NCBI GenBank assembly: GCA_937989945.1
Contig: CALKIG010000141.1
Location: forward strand, 7,035-71,034
Origin: an uncultured Actinomycetes bacterium
GTDB taxonomy: Bacteria > Actinomycetota > Acidimicrobiia > Spongiisociales > ZC4RG35
Length of the DNA stretch: 64,000 nt
Direction of reading: 5' to 3'
Position numbers and translations under genes: made by a program. Position 1 is the first letter of the stretch; the number at the start of each line of letters is the position of its first letter. The notes below the pieces were generated by a model. The model saw nothing but the letters and a program-made list of their open reading frames with translations, made no database searches and was not told where the DNA came from. Positions 46,159 through 54,859 of this stretch are shown piece by piece.

Positions 46159-47616
46159 TCAGACGACCACCGCGGAGCCCACACGCCTCGAATCCGCGTG
46201 TGCGATCAACCGGTCGCCGATGAGACCGGCGCTGTTGACACCGCCAAAGAACATGTGCGGCTCCTCATACCAACGAAACTCCGGCCCGTGGAGCTCGATA
46301 CCGCGCTCCGCTGCAATCGCTACCGGGCTCACCCGCTCCGGGTGGAGCCGGGGATGCTCTATGGCATCCTCGAGGCTGTCGCCTGCCAGCAAGAAGCGGA
46401 TCAGCGTGATCGCCAGAGCAGATGTGATTCGGTCCGCTCCAGGGGATCCGATTGCCACGACGTCGCCGCCAGAGCGAACCGTCGTCGGAGCCATGTTTGA
46501 CATCATGCGCTCACCTGGGAGAAGCGATTCCTCACCGCCCGGTACGAGCTCGATTTCCCCGAGCGAGTTGTTCATCAGCAAGCCCGTGCCTCGAGGTACC
46601 ACGCCGGAGCCATAGCCGGCCGAGAAAGTCGCCGCGACCGCCATGCCCTCGTCATCGACTGCGGACACGGAGATCGTCGACGGCGACTTGAGGCCGGCCG
46701 AGGCAAGGAGACGGTGCATCCCCTCTTCACCTCCGTGCCTCTCGTACTCACGACGATGGCGAAAGGCACCTACGAGGGCGTCCTTCCAGATCTCATGATC
46801 GAGGGGGTTGTTGGACCGATCTACCTGGGATAGGGCGTCGAGGATTGCGACTCCGCCGACTGCTGGCGGTGGGTTGGCAACGACGTCCCAACCCGAGATC
46901 TCCGACTCGAGTGGATGGCGGATTTCCGGTTCATAGCCGGCGAGGTCATCGGCTGTGAGAGCTGACCCTCTTTCCTCGAGATCCACGACAATCTCCTTCG
47001 CCAGATCGCCGCGATAGAAGGTGGCGGCACCCTGCTCCCCGATCAGTCGCAGCGTGCCGGCCAAATCCTCGAAGACCACCCAATCGCCGGTCTCCTTGAC
47101 ACGGTCTCCGATGAAGAGGGCGTCACGGCACGCCGGGTCTTGACTGAATATCAAGGGGCCGGAGTCGATGAGATAGGTGAAGCATGCCTGGCTGAGAGGG
47201 AATCCTCCTTCCACAACGTCGGCCACGAGTCTGAGGAGCTCAACCCACGGAGTTCTGCCGAATCGCTCCGACGCCGCCGAGAGTGCTGCAAACGATCCTG
47301 GAACGGCTATCGATCCGGCCCCCACCAGGGTGGTGACGCCACCTCCATACTTCATCGTCACCGACTCGGCGATCGACTCGCCTTCGAATCCGACACCCGG
47401 GACCGCCATATATCCATCGATGACCACCGCCGGGCCTTGTGGAGGGTCGACCGTCAGATACCCGCCGGATCCCGGAGCACAGACCCCCGGCTCGGTACAC
47501 ATCGAGACGAGCGCCATGACGATTGCGGCGTCGGCGGCCGTGCCGCCCATCTCGACCACCGTCTCCCCCGCCGTCGTGGCGAGGGTGGAAGGTGCCGCCA
47601 GGGCCATCGACCTCAT
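46159..47616 (-). CDS. ggt: gamma-glutamyltransferase family protein
   Basis: 485 aa Ntn-hydrolase GGT pattern (GGTAADAAI, MSNMAPTTV with the putative nucleophile Thr, FGGVN). No signal peptide seen. Confidence 0.8.
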   Translation of the reverse strand: MRSMALAAPSTLATTAGETVVEMGGTAADAAIVMALVSMCTEPGVCAPGSGGYLTVDPPQGPAVVIDGYMAVPGVGFEGESIAESVTMKYGGGVTTLVGAGSIAVPGSFAALSAASERFGRTPWVELLRLVADVVEGGFPLSQACFTYLIDSGPLIFSQDPACRDALFIGDRVKETGDWVVFEDLAGTLRLIGEQGAATFYRGDLAKEIVVDLEERGSALTADDLAGYEPEIRHPLESEISGWDVVANPPPAVGGVAILDALSQVDRSNNPLDHEIWKDALVGAFRHRREYERHGGEEGMHRLLASAGLKSPSTISVSAVDDEGMAVAATFSAGYGSGVVPRGTGLLMNNSLGEIELVPGGEESLLPGERMMSNMAPTTVRSGGDVVAIGSPGADRITSALAITLIRFLLAGDSLEDAIEHPRLHPERVSPVAIAAERGIELHGPEFRWYEEPHMFFGGVNSAGLIGDRLIAHADSRRVGSAVVV

Positions 47617-47623
47617 CTGATGA

Positions 47624-48421
47624 TCATCGACCCTTCCACTCAGGGTCGCGCTTTTCGTTGAACGACATCACCCCTTCGGCAGCGTCCTCGGTGCCGAGCA
47701 GGATTGCCTGCGACTGCCCTTCCCAGCTGAGGGCGTCTTCGAGCGACATGCCAAAAGACGCATTCAGTGTTTGCTTGGCGAACATCTGCGCCTTGGGAGC
47801 TCCCTTTGCCAACTCAGAAGCCATCGAGATGGCGGCATCCTCCAGATGATCGGGCTCGACCAGCTTGGTGACCATGCCAATCTGAGACGCCTCCTCTCCG
47901 CTCACGATCCTCCCGGTGAGGGCCAGCTCCTTCGCCCTCTGAATCCCCACTATGCGAGGCAGAATCCAGCTGCCTCCAAAGTCGAGGGTGAGGCCGCGCC
48001 TCACGAATATCTCCGAGAACCGTGACCTCGCTGTGGCGAGCACGATGTCGCAACCCAGCGCGAGGTTCATCCCGGCACCCACAGCGACACCGTCGACCGC
48101 GGCGATCGTCGGCTTGTTGAGGCGGTGCAGTGTGAGCGCTGTCTCGCCGACGATCTTCATCCGTCGATGCCGATCAGTGACAGTCTGAAACTCATTGATT
48201 CGCGACGGGTCGAGGTCTGCACCCGCACAGAAGTCGTCGCCTGCACCTCTGATCACGAGTATTCGCTGGTCCGACTCCTCGAACTCGCGGAACACTCTGG
48301 TGAGATCCTGCCAACCGTCCATGGGAACGGCGTTTCTACGTTCGGGGCGGGCCAGGGTCAGCCAGCGAATTCCCTCATTGTCTTCGATGTGCAACCAATC
48401 CACGGCGAAGACGGTAGACAA
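47624..48421 (-). CDS. enoyl-CoA hydratase/isomerase family protein
   Basis: 265 aa: LTLARPERRNAV, RGAGDDFCAGADL, DGVAVGAGMNLALGCD. TTG start; the start is uncertain. Confidence 0.88.
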   Translation of the reverse strand: MSTVFAVDWLHIEDNEGIRWLTLARPERRNAVPMDGWQDLTRVFREFEESDQRILVIRGAGDDFCAGADLDPSRINEFQTVTDRHRRMKIVGETALTLHRLNKPTIAAVDGVAVGAGMNLALGCDIVLATARSRFSEIFVRRGLTLDFGGSWILPRIVGIQRAKELALTGRIVSGEEASQIGMVTKLVEPDHLEDAAISMASELAKGAPKAQMFAKQTLNASFGMSLEDALSWEGQSQAILLGTEDAAEGVMSFNEKRDPEWKGR

Positions 48422-48446
48422 CTCAGGAGGCAGTTACCGTGTCGGC

Positions 48447-48560
48447 ATGGGCTTCAATCCCTTCCGAGAGCAGAACCGATCAGTGGTCGACATCGTGATG
48501 GTCGTCTTCGCCATCGGTGCTGCCCTGGCACTGGTGGCATGGGCGATCTTCTCCGGGTGA
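48447..48560 (+). CDS. small hydrophobic protein (37 aa) MGFNPFREQNRSVVDIVMVVFAIGAALALVAWAIFSG
   Basis: ATG start, strong third-position GC bias, one TM helix. Its stop overlaps the next ORF's start in GTGA. Confidence 0.45.
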   Translation: MGFNPFREQNRSVVDIVMVVFAIGAALALVAWAIFSG

Positions 48561-48775
48561 CTGTTACCCCTGTTCAGCCATACGCCGCGCGGAAGCAGTA
48601 CATCTGCCCGGGGTGCAGCCACACCATCCCTGCCGGGACGTTTCACGTCGTCGTGGTGCCCGACGATGCACCCGACATGAGACGGCACTGGCACAGAGGT
48701 TGCTGGCACAAAGAGATGAGACGAAGGTTCGGCTCGTCAGGCGTCGCGGCGGTTGAGTCCCCACCACGTCAATAG
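48557..48775 (+). CDS. small Cys/His-rich (zinc-ribbon-like) protein
   Basis: 72 aa: VTVTPVQPYAARKQYICPGCSHTIPAGTFHVVVVPDDAPDMRRHWHRGCWHK. Has CxxC and HxxC pairs. An alternative ATG lies at 48539. The 3' end overlaps the convergent ABC permease by 39 nt. Confidence 0.5.
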   Translation: MTVTPVQPYAARKQYICPGCSHTIPAGTFHVVVVPDDAPDMRRHWHRGCWHKEMRRRFGSSGVAAVESPPRQ

Positions 48776-49507
48776 CATCCCCAGCGTCGTCCAACCGGCG
48801 AGGATGAGCATCGAGTGCCCGAGACCCACGGGAGGTGCAAGGAACTCGGCGGCTATTCCCTCGAGACCGACCGCACCGAAGACGCCCGTGGTTGCCCCAG
48901 TCAGTGACACGTTTGCGTACGGGTCCCACAGCACGAGGAGGCCTTCACCGAAGGAGAGAGCGAGCACGGCGCCGATCGCCGGGCCAACAGACCTCAGAAG
49001 AGCAACGAAGCCGATCCCGAGCGATACCCACGCGACCTGACTGACACCGGTCTTCCACAACACGTCCAGCCACTCCACGATGGACAGGCCGCCGCTCCCC
49101 TCGGCGAACAGAATGGCGACTCCACTCCAGGCGGCTATTCCCAGGAGCATGGCCAGCCAGCTGGCCAGTGTGAACACGAGCAGCCGGGCGCTGATCTGCC
49201 AGGTCTTCCGTGACTCCCGCGTCAGGGTCGTCGCCCATATCGTCGTCGAGAGCTCGCCGCCCAGGACCACCACGGCAAGAATCAAAGGGAACCATGTCTG
49301 CCCGACGACCTGCTGGATGCCGAGGATGAATGCTTCCGGCTTGGGGATCGTCGGGAGACCCTGACTGGCCGCATCGTCGAGGATCTGGCCGAACACCATG
49401 AGGAAGAAGGCAGCGAGTCCCGTGAACGCCAGGATGATGAGAAGCATCACCGGGTAGAGCTTGCGCCCGCTCAGCTTGAGGGTCTCGGCCTTGATGAGCC
49501 CGATCAT
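48737..49507 (-). CDS. ABC-2 type transporter permease
   Basis: 256 aa with about 6 TM segments. 4 nt overlap with the upstream ABC ATPase gene. Confidence 0.75.
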   Translation of the reverse strand: MIGLIKAETLKLSGRKLYPVMLLIILAFTGLAAFFLMVFGQILDDAASQGLPTIPKPEAFILGIQQVVGQTWFPLILAVVVLGGELSTTIWATTLTRESRKTWQISARLLVFTLASWLAMLLGIAAWSGVAILFAEGSGGLSIVEWLDVLWKTGVSQVAWVSLGIGFVALLRSVGPAIGAVLALSFGEGLLVLWDPYANVSLTGATTGVFGAVGLEGIAAEFLAPPVGLGHSMLILAGWTTLGMLLTWWGLNRRDA

Positions 49508-50397
49508 TGACCCGCCTCTGTCATGCCGAGGAACACCGACTCCAGGGAGTCTCGAGCCTGCTTGACCTCCGACGGATAGATGCCCCTGTCGGCAAGCGCC
49601 CTTATGATTCCGGACCCATCACGACCTGACACGAACAGTGATCCGTCCCGGACATTCACTTCGTAGCCAGCCGCAACAAGCGTCTCCGCCGCATCGCTGC
49701 CCTCGACGCCTTCGACTCTCATCGAGGACGCGCTGAGAAGCGACTCGAGGGGACCCTGAGCGACGAGCTTTCCCTTGTTGATGACGATGACGTTGTCGGC
49801 CAGGGCTTCGACGTCCGCCAGGTCATGGCTGGAGACCATCACTGTGGTGCCATCCTCCGCGAGCTGCCTCAGCCTCGCCTTGAAGGCGTGCTGGCCCGCA
49901 GGATCGAGACCGTCGAGCGGCTCGTCCAGGAAGAGCAGCTTTGGCGAGGCGAGGAGGGCCGCGGCCAGGGCAAGCCGTTGCCGCATGCCCTTCGAGTACT
50001 GCTCCACATTGCGGTCTGCGTCCTGTGTCAGCTCGACGAAATCGAGGAGCTCGTCGATTCGATCGTGACCGAGACCGAGCGTGTCGGCGGCGACTCTCAA
50101 ATTACGCCTGCCGGTGATCGACTTGATGAGACCGGGCTCCTCGACGATCGCACCAACCTGCTTCACGAGATCGGGCAGATCGCCCGGCACAGACATGCCC
50201 ATGATCTGGATGTGGCCTTCGTCGAGCCTCGTGAGACCGAGCATCGATCGAAAGGTCGTGGTCTTCCCGGCACCGTTGGGCCCGAGAAAGCCCGTCAACT
50301 TGCCGTGCTCCACCTCGAAGTCCAGCCCGTCCAACGCCCGGATACTCCCGTAATCCTTGACGAGCCCGGAGACATGAATCGCAATTTGACCGCTCAC
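49504..50397 (-). CDS. ABC transporter ATP-binding protein
   Basis: 297 aa with Walker A GPNGAGKTT, signature YSKGMRQRL, and Walker B LLFLDEP. Confidence 0.92.
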   Translation of the reverse strand: MSGQIAIHVSGLVKDYGSIRALDGLDFEVEHGKLTGFLGPNGAGKTTTFRSMLGLTRLDEGHIQIMGMSVPGDLPDLVKQVGAIVEEPGLIKSITGRRNLRVAADTLGLGHDRIDELLDFVELTQDADRNVEQYSKGMRQRLALAAALLASPKLLFLDEPLDGLDPAGQHAFKARLRQLAEDGTTVMVSSHDLADVEALADNVIVINKGKLVAQGPLESLLSASSMRVEGVEGSDAAETLVAAGYEVNVRDGSLFVSGRDGSGIIRALADRGIYPSEVKQARDSLESVFLGMTEAGQ

Positions 50398-50430
50398 GAA
50401 AGAGGCAGGCTACGGCTCAGCAGGGTCGGC

Positions 50431-50841
50431 TCAAAATGATCGCTTGTCCCAATGGATGACGTAGTGCCCCGGGTGAAGGCCAACACCGACCAGATCGCAT
50501 CGCGAGACTCCGATACGTGCCGCGAGCCGGCGGACCTGTGTTCTCTTCTCGCGATCGACAGCATCCAGGGGGTATCTGGATCCGGTGACCGTGCGCACTT
50601 CGATCACTGTGCGCTCACCGCTGCAACGGGCGATGATGTCTATTTCGCCGCGGCCAACGGCCACGTTGGTGGCAATGATCTCGTAACCATGGTCGATGAG
50701 GAGGCGACGGGCGAGCGCCTCTCCAAGAGCGCCTAGATCGGCAACCCCTGCTGGTCTACCTCTTCGATGTTGACGTCGCGGAAGGTGAGGACCTTGACGT
50801 TCTTCAGGAACCGGGCCGGGCGGAACATGTCCCATACCCAA
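50431..50841 (-). CDS. yraN: YraN/UPF0102 family endonuclease-like protein
   Basis: Core LGALGEALARRLL..GYEIIATNV..GRGEIDIIA....TVIEVRT. The only in-frame starts upstream of the core are TTG 50841 and ATG 50835, giving a ~100 nt overlap with the DUF2469 gene. Confidence 0.75.
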   Translation of the reverse strand: MGMGHVPPGPVPEERQGPHLPRRQHRRGRPAGVADLGALGEALARRLLIDHGYEIIATNVAVGRGEIDIIARCSGERTVIEVRTVTGSRYPLDAVDREKRTQVRRLAARIGVSRCDLVGVGLHPGHYVIHWDKRSF

Positions 50842-51029
50842 GCATCGTTCATTTCGACCTCGAAGAACATGGAGCCGTTCGTGGATCGGACTTCTAGGTT
50901 CACTTCGTTCGCGAGATAGAAGCGACGCTCGGTCTCCACCACGTACTTGAACATCGGGAGCACATCGCGGTACTCCTGGTAGATCTTTAGTTCGACCTCG
51001 GTCTCGTAGCGCTCCAGATCTTCTTCCAT
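50733..51029 (-). CDS. DUF2469 family protein
   Basis: 98 aa: MEEDLERYETEVELKIYQEYRDVL.MFKYVVETERRFYLAN. A conserved actinobacterial small protein in its usual lepB-yraN neighbourhood. Confidence 0.85.
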   Translation of the reverse strand: MEEDLERYETEVELKIYQEYRDVLPMFKYVVETERRFYLANEVNLEVRSTNGSMFFEVEMNDAWVWDMFRPARFLKNVKVLTFRDVNIEEVDQQGLPI

Positions 51030-51117
51030 GGTCTCCTCAAACCCGCTGGTGTTCGCCGATGATATGCCGCGATCATTCCTAACCGGTCGCGCAGCGGGGA
51101 TTTTTGAGCGTCAGGAG

Positions 51118-51663
51118 CTACAGCCCGCCAAAGTTCGAGAAAGGCCAGATGATCACAAAGGCGCGACCGATCAAATCATCCAATGGGATCGTCCCGAATC
51201 GGCGACTGTCGAAGCTCTCGTCACGGTTGTCACCCATGACGAATACGGCTCCGTCCTCTACCTCGACCGGACCAAAGTCCGGCAGGAAGCTGCCGTCGGT
51301 ATACGACTCGCTGAGAGCCGCTCCGTCGATGAGGAGCTCGCCGTCCCTGATCTCAACTGTCTCGCCGGGCAGCGCAACAACCCGTTTGATCAGATCGTCG
51401 AGCCCTCTCGTCCTGATCCCAACGGCTTCGAGCACCGAGCGAATGACAGCTTCGGGAATCGACTCTTCCTCCTCAGGCTCGAGTGGATTCTGAAAGACGA
51501 CGACATCTCCACGACTGACATCACCGATCTGATAGGCGAGCTTGTTGACCATGACCCGGTCGTTTACCTGGATCGTGGGCTCCATCGACACGGACGGGAT
51601 CCAGAAAGGCTGCATCAGAAACGTCTTCACCACAACGGCGATGACCAAGGCGGTGAACAGCAA
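51118..51663 (-). CDS. lepB: signal peptidase I
   Basis: S26 motifs IPSVSMEPT, VNKLAY, GDNRDESFDSRRFG. The first canonical start is TTG 51663. The in-frame upstream sequence looks like the true N-terminus (see findings). Confidence 0.88.
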   Translation of the reverse strand: MLFTALVIAVVVKTFLMQPFWIPSVSMEPTIQVNDRVMVNKLAYQIGDVSRGDVVVFQNPLEPEEEESIPEAVIRSVLEAVGIRTRGLDDLIKRVVALPGETVEIRDGELLIDGAALSESYTDGSFLPDFGPVEVEDGAVFVMGDNRDESFDSRRFGTIPLDDLIGRAFVIIWPFSNFGGL

Positions 51664-51755
51664 CCCGGGGAGCTCCGCCCAAAACGAACGCCGACGCTTC
51701 GGCGCCGGCGCTTCGTCGGGTGACTCTTCGAGTGCTTGGGCGTTCTCCGGAGCAG

Positions 51756-52100
51756 TCAGTCCCGGAGCTCCTTGATGCGAGCCGACTTCCCTACGCGATC
51801 GCGCAGGTAGTAGAGCTTGGAGCGACGGACGTCTCCGCGTCGCAGCACTTCGATTTTCGCGATGATGGGCGCGTGGAGGGGAAAGACCCTCTCGACACCT
51901 ACGCCGAAGCTGACCTTGCGAACCGTGAACGATGCCCGGCTTCCGCTGCCGTTCCTGGCGATCACAACGCCTTCAAAGGCCTGAATCCGCTCACGCCCGG
52001 CTTCGACCACTCGCACGTCTACGCGCACCGTGTCTCCGGTGCGGAAATCGGGGATGTCATCGCGCAAATGCGCGCTCTCAACGATCTGTAGGTCATTCAT
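51756..52100 (-). CDS. rplS: 50S ribosomal protein L19
   Basis: 114 aa from ATG 52100, preceded by GAGGAG: [33 protein letters not shown]. The ORF-track extension to 52178 is rejected. Confidence 0.95.
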   Translation of the reverse strand: MNDLQIVESAHLRDDIPDFRTGDTVRVDVRVVEAGRERIQAFEGVVIARNGSGSRASFTVRKVSFGVGVERVFPLHAPIIAKIEVLRRGDVRRSKLYYLRDRVGKSARIKELRD

Positions 52101-52155
52101 GGGAAACTCCTCAGGATTTGCCGGCGGTCGAGTCGGGCCAGCGAGACGAATTGTA

Positions 52156-52863
52156 TCAGCTCTCAGATTTCTCGCCATCTGACATCAAGTCAGGTCTGCG
52201 CTCCCGGGTCCGGGCCAGCCTCTGCTCCCTGCGCCATGCCTCGATTCTGGCGTGGTCACCGGACAACAGGACCTCGGGCACGGCATCGCCATCGAATTGG
52301 GCAGGACGCGTGTAAACCGGCTCTTCCAGAAGGCCATCTCGGAACGACTCCGTCAGGGTCGAATCGGGATTGCCAACCACTCCGGGCAGCAAGCGGGCGA
52401 CGCCTTCGACGATCGCGGCAGCCGCCACCTCCCCACCGGCGAGGACGAAGTCGCCCAGGGAGACCTCTTCCTCGATGTAGTTGTCGGCGACTCGCTGATC
52501 GACCCCTTCGTAGCGGCCGCAAACAAGAGTCAGCTCGTCGATCTCAGCGAATCGGTCGAGCGTGGCCTGATCGAGCGGCCTACCTGCCGGTGTGAGCAAG
52601 ACTCGATGCGTCTCGGCCAGTGGCTCGAGCGCCTTGGACAGTGGCTCAACCATCATCACCATCCCCGGTCCGCCTCCGAACGGTGTGTCGTCCAGCTGCT
52701 TGTGCTTTCCGAGCCCATACTCTCGCAGCGGGATCACTTCGACCCTCAGGGCTCCGTCCTCGATCGCTCTCCCCACGATGCTGATACCAAGCAGGCTGTC
52801 GAAGAACTCGGGGAATATCGTGACGACATTGATCTTCACGATGCCGGAGGCTACAAGCATCAC
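52156..52863 (-). CDS. trmD: tRNA (guanine37-N1)-methyltransferase
   Basis: [43 protein letters not shown]. Start at ATG 52863; the ORF extends to 52887. Confidence 0.92.
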   Translation of the reverse strand: MMLVASGIVKINVVTIFPEFFDSLLGISIVGRAIEDGALRVEVIPLREYGLGKHKQLDDTPFGGGPGMVMMVEPLSKALEPLAETHRVLLTPAGRPLDQATLDRFAEIDELTLVCGRYEGVDQRVADNYIEEEVSLGDFVLAGGEVAAAAIVEGVARLLPGVVGNPDSTLTESFRDGLLEEPVYTRPAQFDGDAVPEVLLSGDHARIEAWRREQRLARTRERRPDLMSDGEKSES

Positions 52864-52941
52864 ATCGGCATCGGGACCGCATGCCATTGGTCGGCCTCGC
52901 TAGGTTCGGAAGAACCCAACCGGGAGGTAAATATCTCTGCC

Positions 52942-53283
52942 GTGGCGCGCTCACTTCAGGTGTGGGTGATCTACACGACGGTTGTAGGGGCGTCGCTGCT
53001 CTTCATCCCGAATGTTTTGCTCGGACTCTTTCAGATCGAGGAGACCACTGAGGTCTGGGTTCGGGTCCTGGGCCTGATCGTCCTGGTCCTCACCGTGATG
53101 TACGCGTACACCCTCCGGGTCCGACAACGAACGATGTATCAGGGAACCGTGTACGCACGATGGCTGGCCGTCGTGGGCTTGACGGTCCTGGCGTTCACAT
53201 CGGGCCCATGGCAGCTCGTGCTATTCGCTGTGGTCGATCTCGCCGGGTCTACCTGGACTCATCTGGCCAACCAGCCGGACTGA
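52942..53283 (+). CDS. hypothetical small membrane protein
   Basis: About 113 aa with 3 TM helices. It is the downstream part of ORF 52252..53283, whose upstream part is antisense to trmD. GTG 52942 follows GGGAGG. Start uncertain. Confidence 0.5.
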   Translation: MARSLQVWVIYTTVVGASLLFIPNVLLGLFQIEETTEVWVRVLGLIVLVLTVMYAYTLRVRQRTMYQGTVYARWLAVVGLTVLAFTSGPWQLVLFAVVDLAGSTWTHLANQPD

Positions 53284-53303
53284 AGCCCGATAGGCTGCCT
53301 GGA

Positions 53304-53615
53304 TTGTCCGATCACTACGTCTACGTGTGGTCATTCGAGGTGGCGGCCGACAAGGCCGATGAATTCAGGCGGCTCTACGGGCCAAACGGCGCGTGGAGCC
53401 AGCTCTTTGCGAGCGCTGATGGCTACATCGACACCCAACTTCTCGAAGACCGGGGAAAACCGGGTCGATTCATGACCATCGACCGGTGGGAATCAGAAGA
53501 CGCGTTTCGGGCTTTCCGTTCCGCGCGCGCCCAAGAATTCCAGCGTCTCGATCGAATGGGAGACGTGATGACGCTGTCGGAAACGCTCGTCGGTGAGTTC
53601 CGCGCCTGCCACTGA
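53304..53615 (+). CDS. antibiotic-biosynthesis-monooxygenase (ABM/Dabb fold) domain protein
   Basis: About 103 aa: YVYVWSFEV..DKADEFRRLYGPNGAWSQLF...FMTIDRWESEDAFRAF. TTG 53304 is a tentative start. Confidence 0.6.
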   Translation: MSDHYVYVWSFEVAADKADEFRRLYGPNGAWSQLFASADGYIDTQLLEDRGKPGRFMTIDRWESEDAFRAFRSARAQEFQRLDRMGDVMTLSETLVGEFRACH

Positions 53616-53637
53616 CAGGGGGACGGGGCTCGGCCGG

Positions 53638-54801
53638 CTAGTTGAGCCTCTCGATGATCATGGCCATGCCCTGGCCACCGCCGACACACATGGTCTCGAT
53701 GCCAATCGCCTTGTCGAGGGTGCGTAGGTCGTTGATGAGGGTGCCCATGATCCGCGCTCCGGTCATTCCGAAGGGATGACCGAGAGCAATCGCTCCGCCA
53801 TGTGGATTGAGCTTCTCCATATCGATGCCCAGCTCATCGACACATGCCAGCACCTGTGCGGCAAATGCCTCGTTCAACTCGATGACATCGACATCGTCCA
53901 GTTTCATCCCTGCCTGGTCTAACACCCTGCGGACGGCGCCGACGGGGCCCATGCCCATGTACTCGGGCTCGAGGCCGACCACGGAGGAGGCAACTATCCG
54001 GGCCAGGGGCTCCAGCCCCAGGGCTTTTGCCTTCTCGTCGGACATCACGAGCACGGCAGCGGAACCGTCGTTTAGCGGACAGGAGTTCCCTGCCGTGACC
54101 CTTCCCTCCGGCCGGAACGCGGGCGGTAGCTCGGCGAGCTTCTCCAACGTCGTGTTGGGGCGGGGCCCGTCGTCGGCCATGATCGTCCGACCGTCGGGCA
54201 CGTCGATAGGCACGATCTCCCAGTCGAAGAAGCCGTTCTTCTGCGCCTCCACCGCCCTGTCCTGGGAACGCTTGGCGAACTCGTCCATGCGCTCACGGGT
54301 GATGCCATGCCGCTCGGCCACATTCTCCGCCGTCTCCCCCATCGGGATGTACACGTTGTTGATGAAGTCGTCGCGCGACTCATCGGTGAAGCGAGGGTTG
54401 AAGTCCTCCGAGTCGACGGCCTTGCCATAGGTCCTTGTGACCGACTCGGTACCGGCTGCCACGTAGGTATCGCCCTCGCCTTGCTTGATGGCGTGGAAAG
54501 CCATGCGAATCGTCTGTAGTGACGAGGCGCAGTACCTGTTGACCGTGGTGGCGGGAACCGTGTCGGGCATCCCGGCAAGGAGGGAAGCCGGGCGAGCCAG
54601 GTTGAAGCTCTGCTCATGATGCGTGAGCCCACAGCCGAGCATGAGATCGACTACTGAGGCCCGGTCGACCTCCGGGACTCTCTCCATCAGACCATTGATG
54701 GCGTGTGCGGCGAGGTCATCAGCGCGCACTTCGATCAGTGACCCTTTGTAGGCACGTCCGATCGGGCTTCTGGCGGTTGCGACTATGACGGCCTCGGGCA
54801 C
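53638..54801 (-). CDS. acetyl-CoA C-acetyltransferase (thiolase)
   Basis: 387 aa from GVTVPEAVIVATARSPIG, with GTG 54801 preceded by AAGGAG-tcaca. Active-site Cys in NRYCASS, C-terminal GLAMCVGGGQG-type motif (TMCVGGGQGMA), NPHGGAIALGHP. Confidence 0.93.
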   Translation of the reverse strand: MPEAVIVATARSPIGRAYKGSLIEVRADDLAAHAINGLMERVPEVDRASVVDLMLGCGLTHHEQSFNLARPASLLAGMPDTVPATTVNRYCASSLQTIRMAFHAIKQGEGDTYVAAGTESVTRTYGKAVDSEDFNPRFTDESRDDFINNVYIPMGETAENVAERHGITRERMDEFAKRSQDRAVEAQKNGFFDWEIVPIDVPDGRTIMADDGPRPNTTLEKLAELPPAFRPEGRVTAGNSCPLNDGSAAVLVMSDEKAKALGLEPLARIVASSVVGLEPEYMGMGPVGAVRRVLDQAGMKLDDVDVIELNEAFAAQVLACVDELGIDMEKLNPHGGAIALGHPFGMTGARIMGTLINDLRTLDKAIGIETMCVGGGQGMAMIIERLN

Positions 54802-54859
54802 TGTGACTCCTTCTTTGAATAATCGCTCAAATGTTAATTCGATACTTAGGCTGTGCGCC

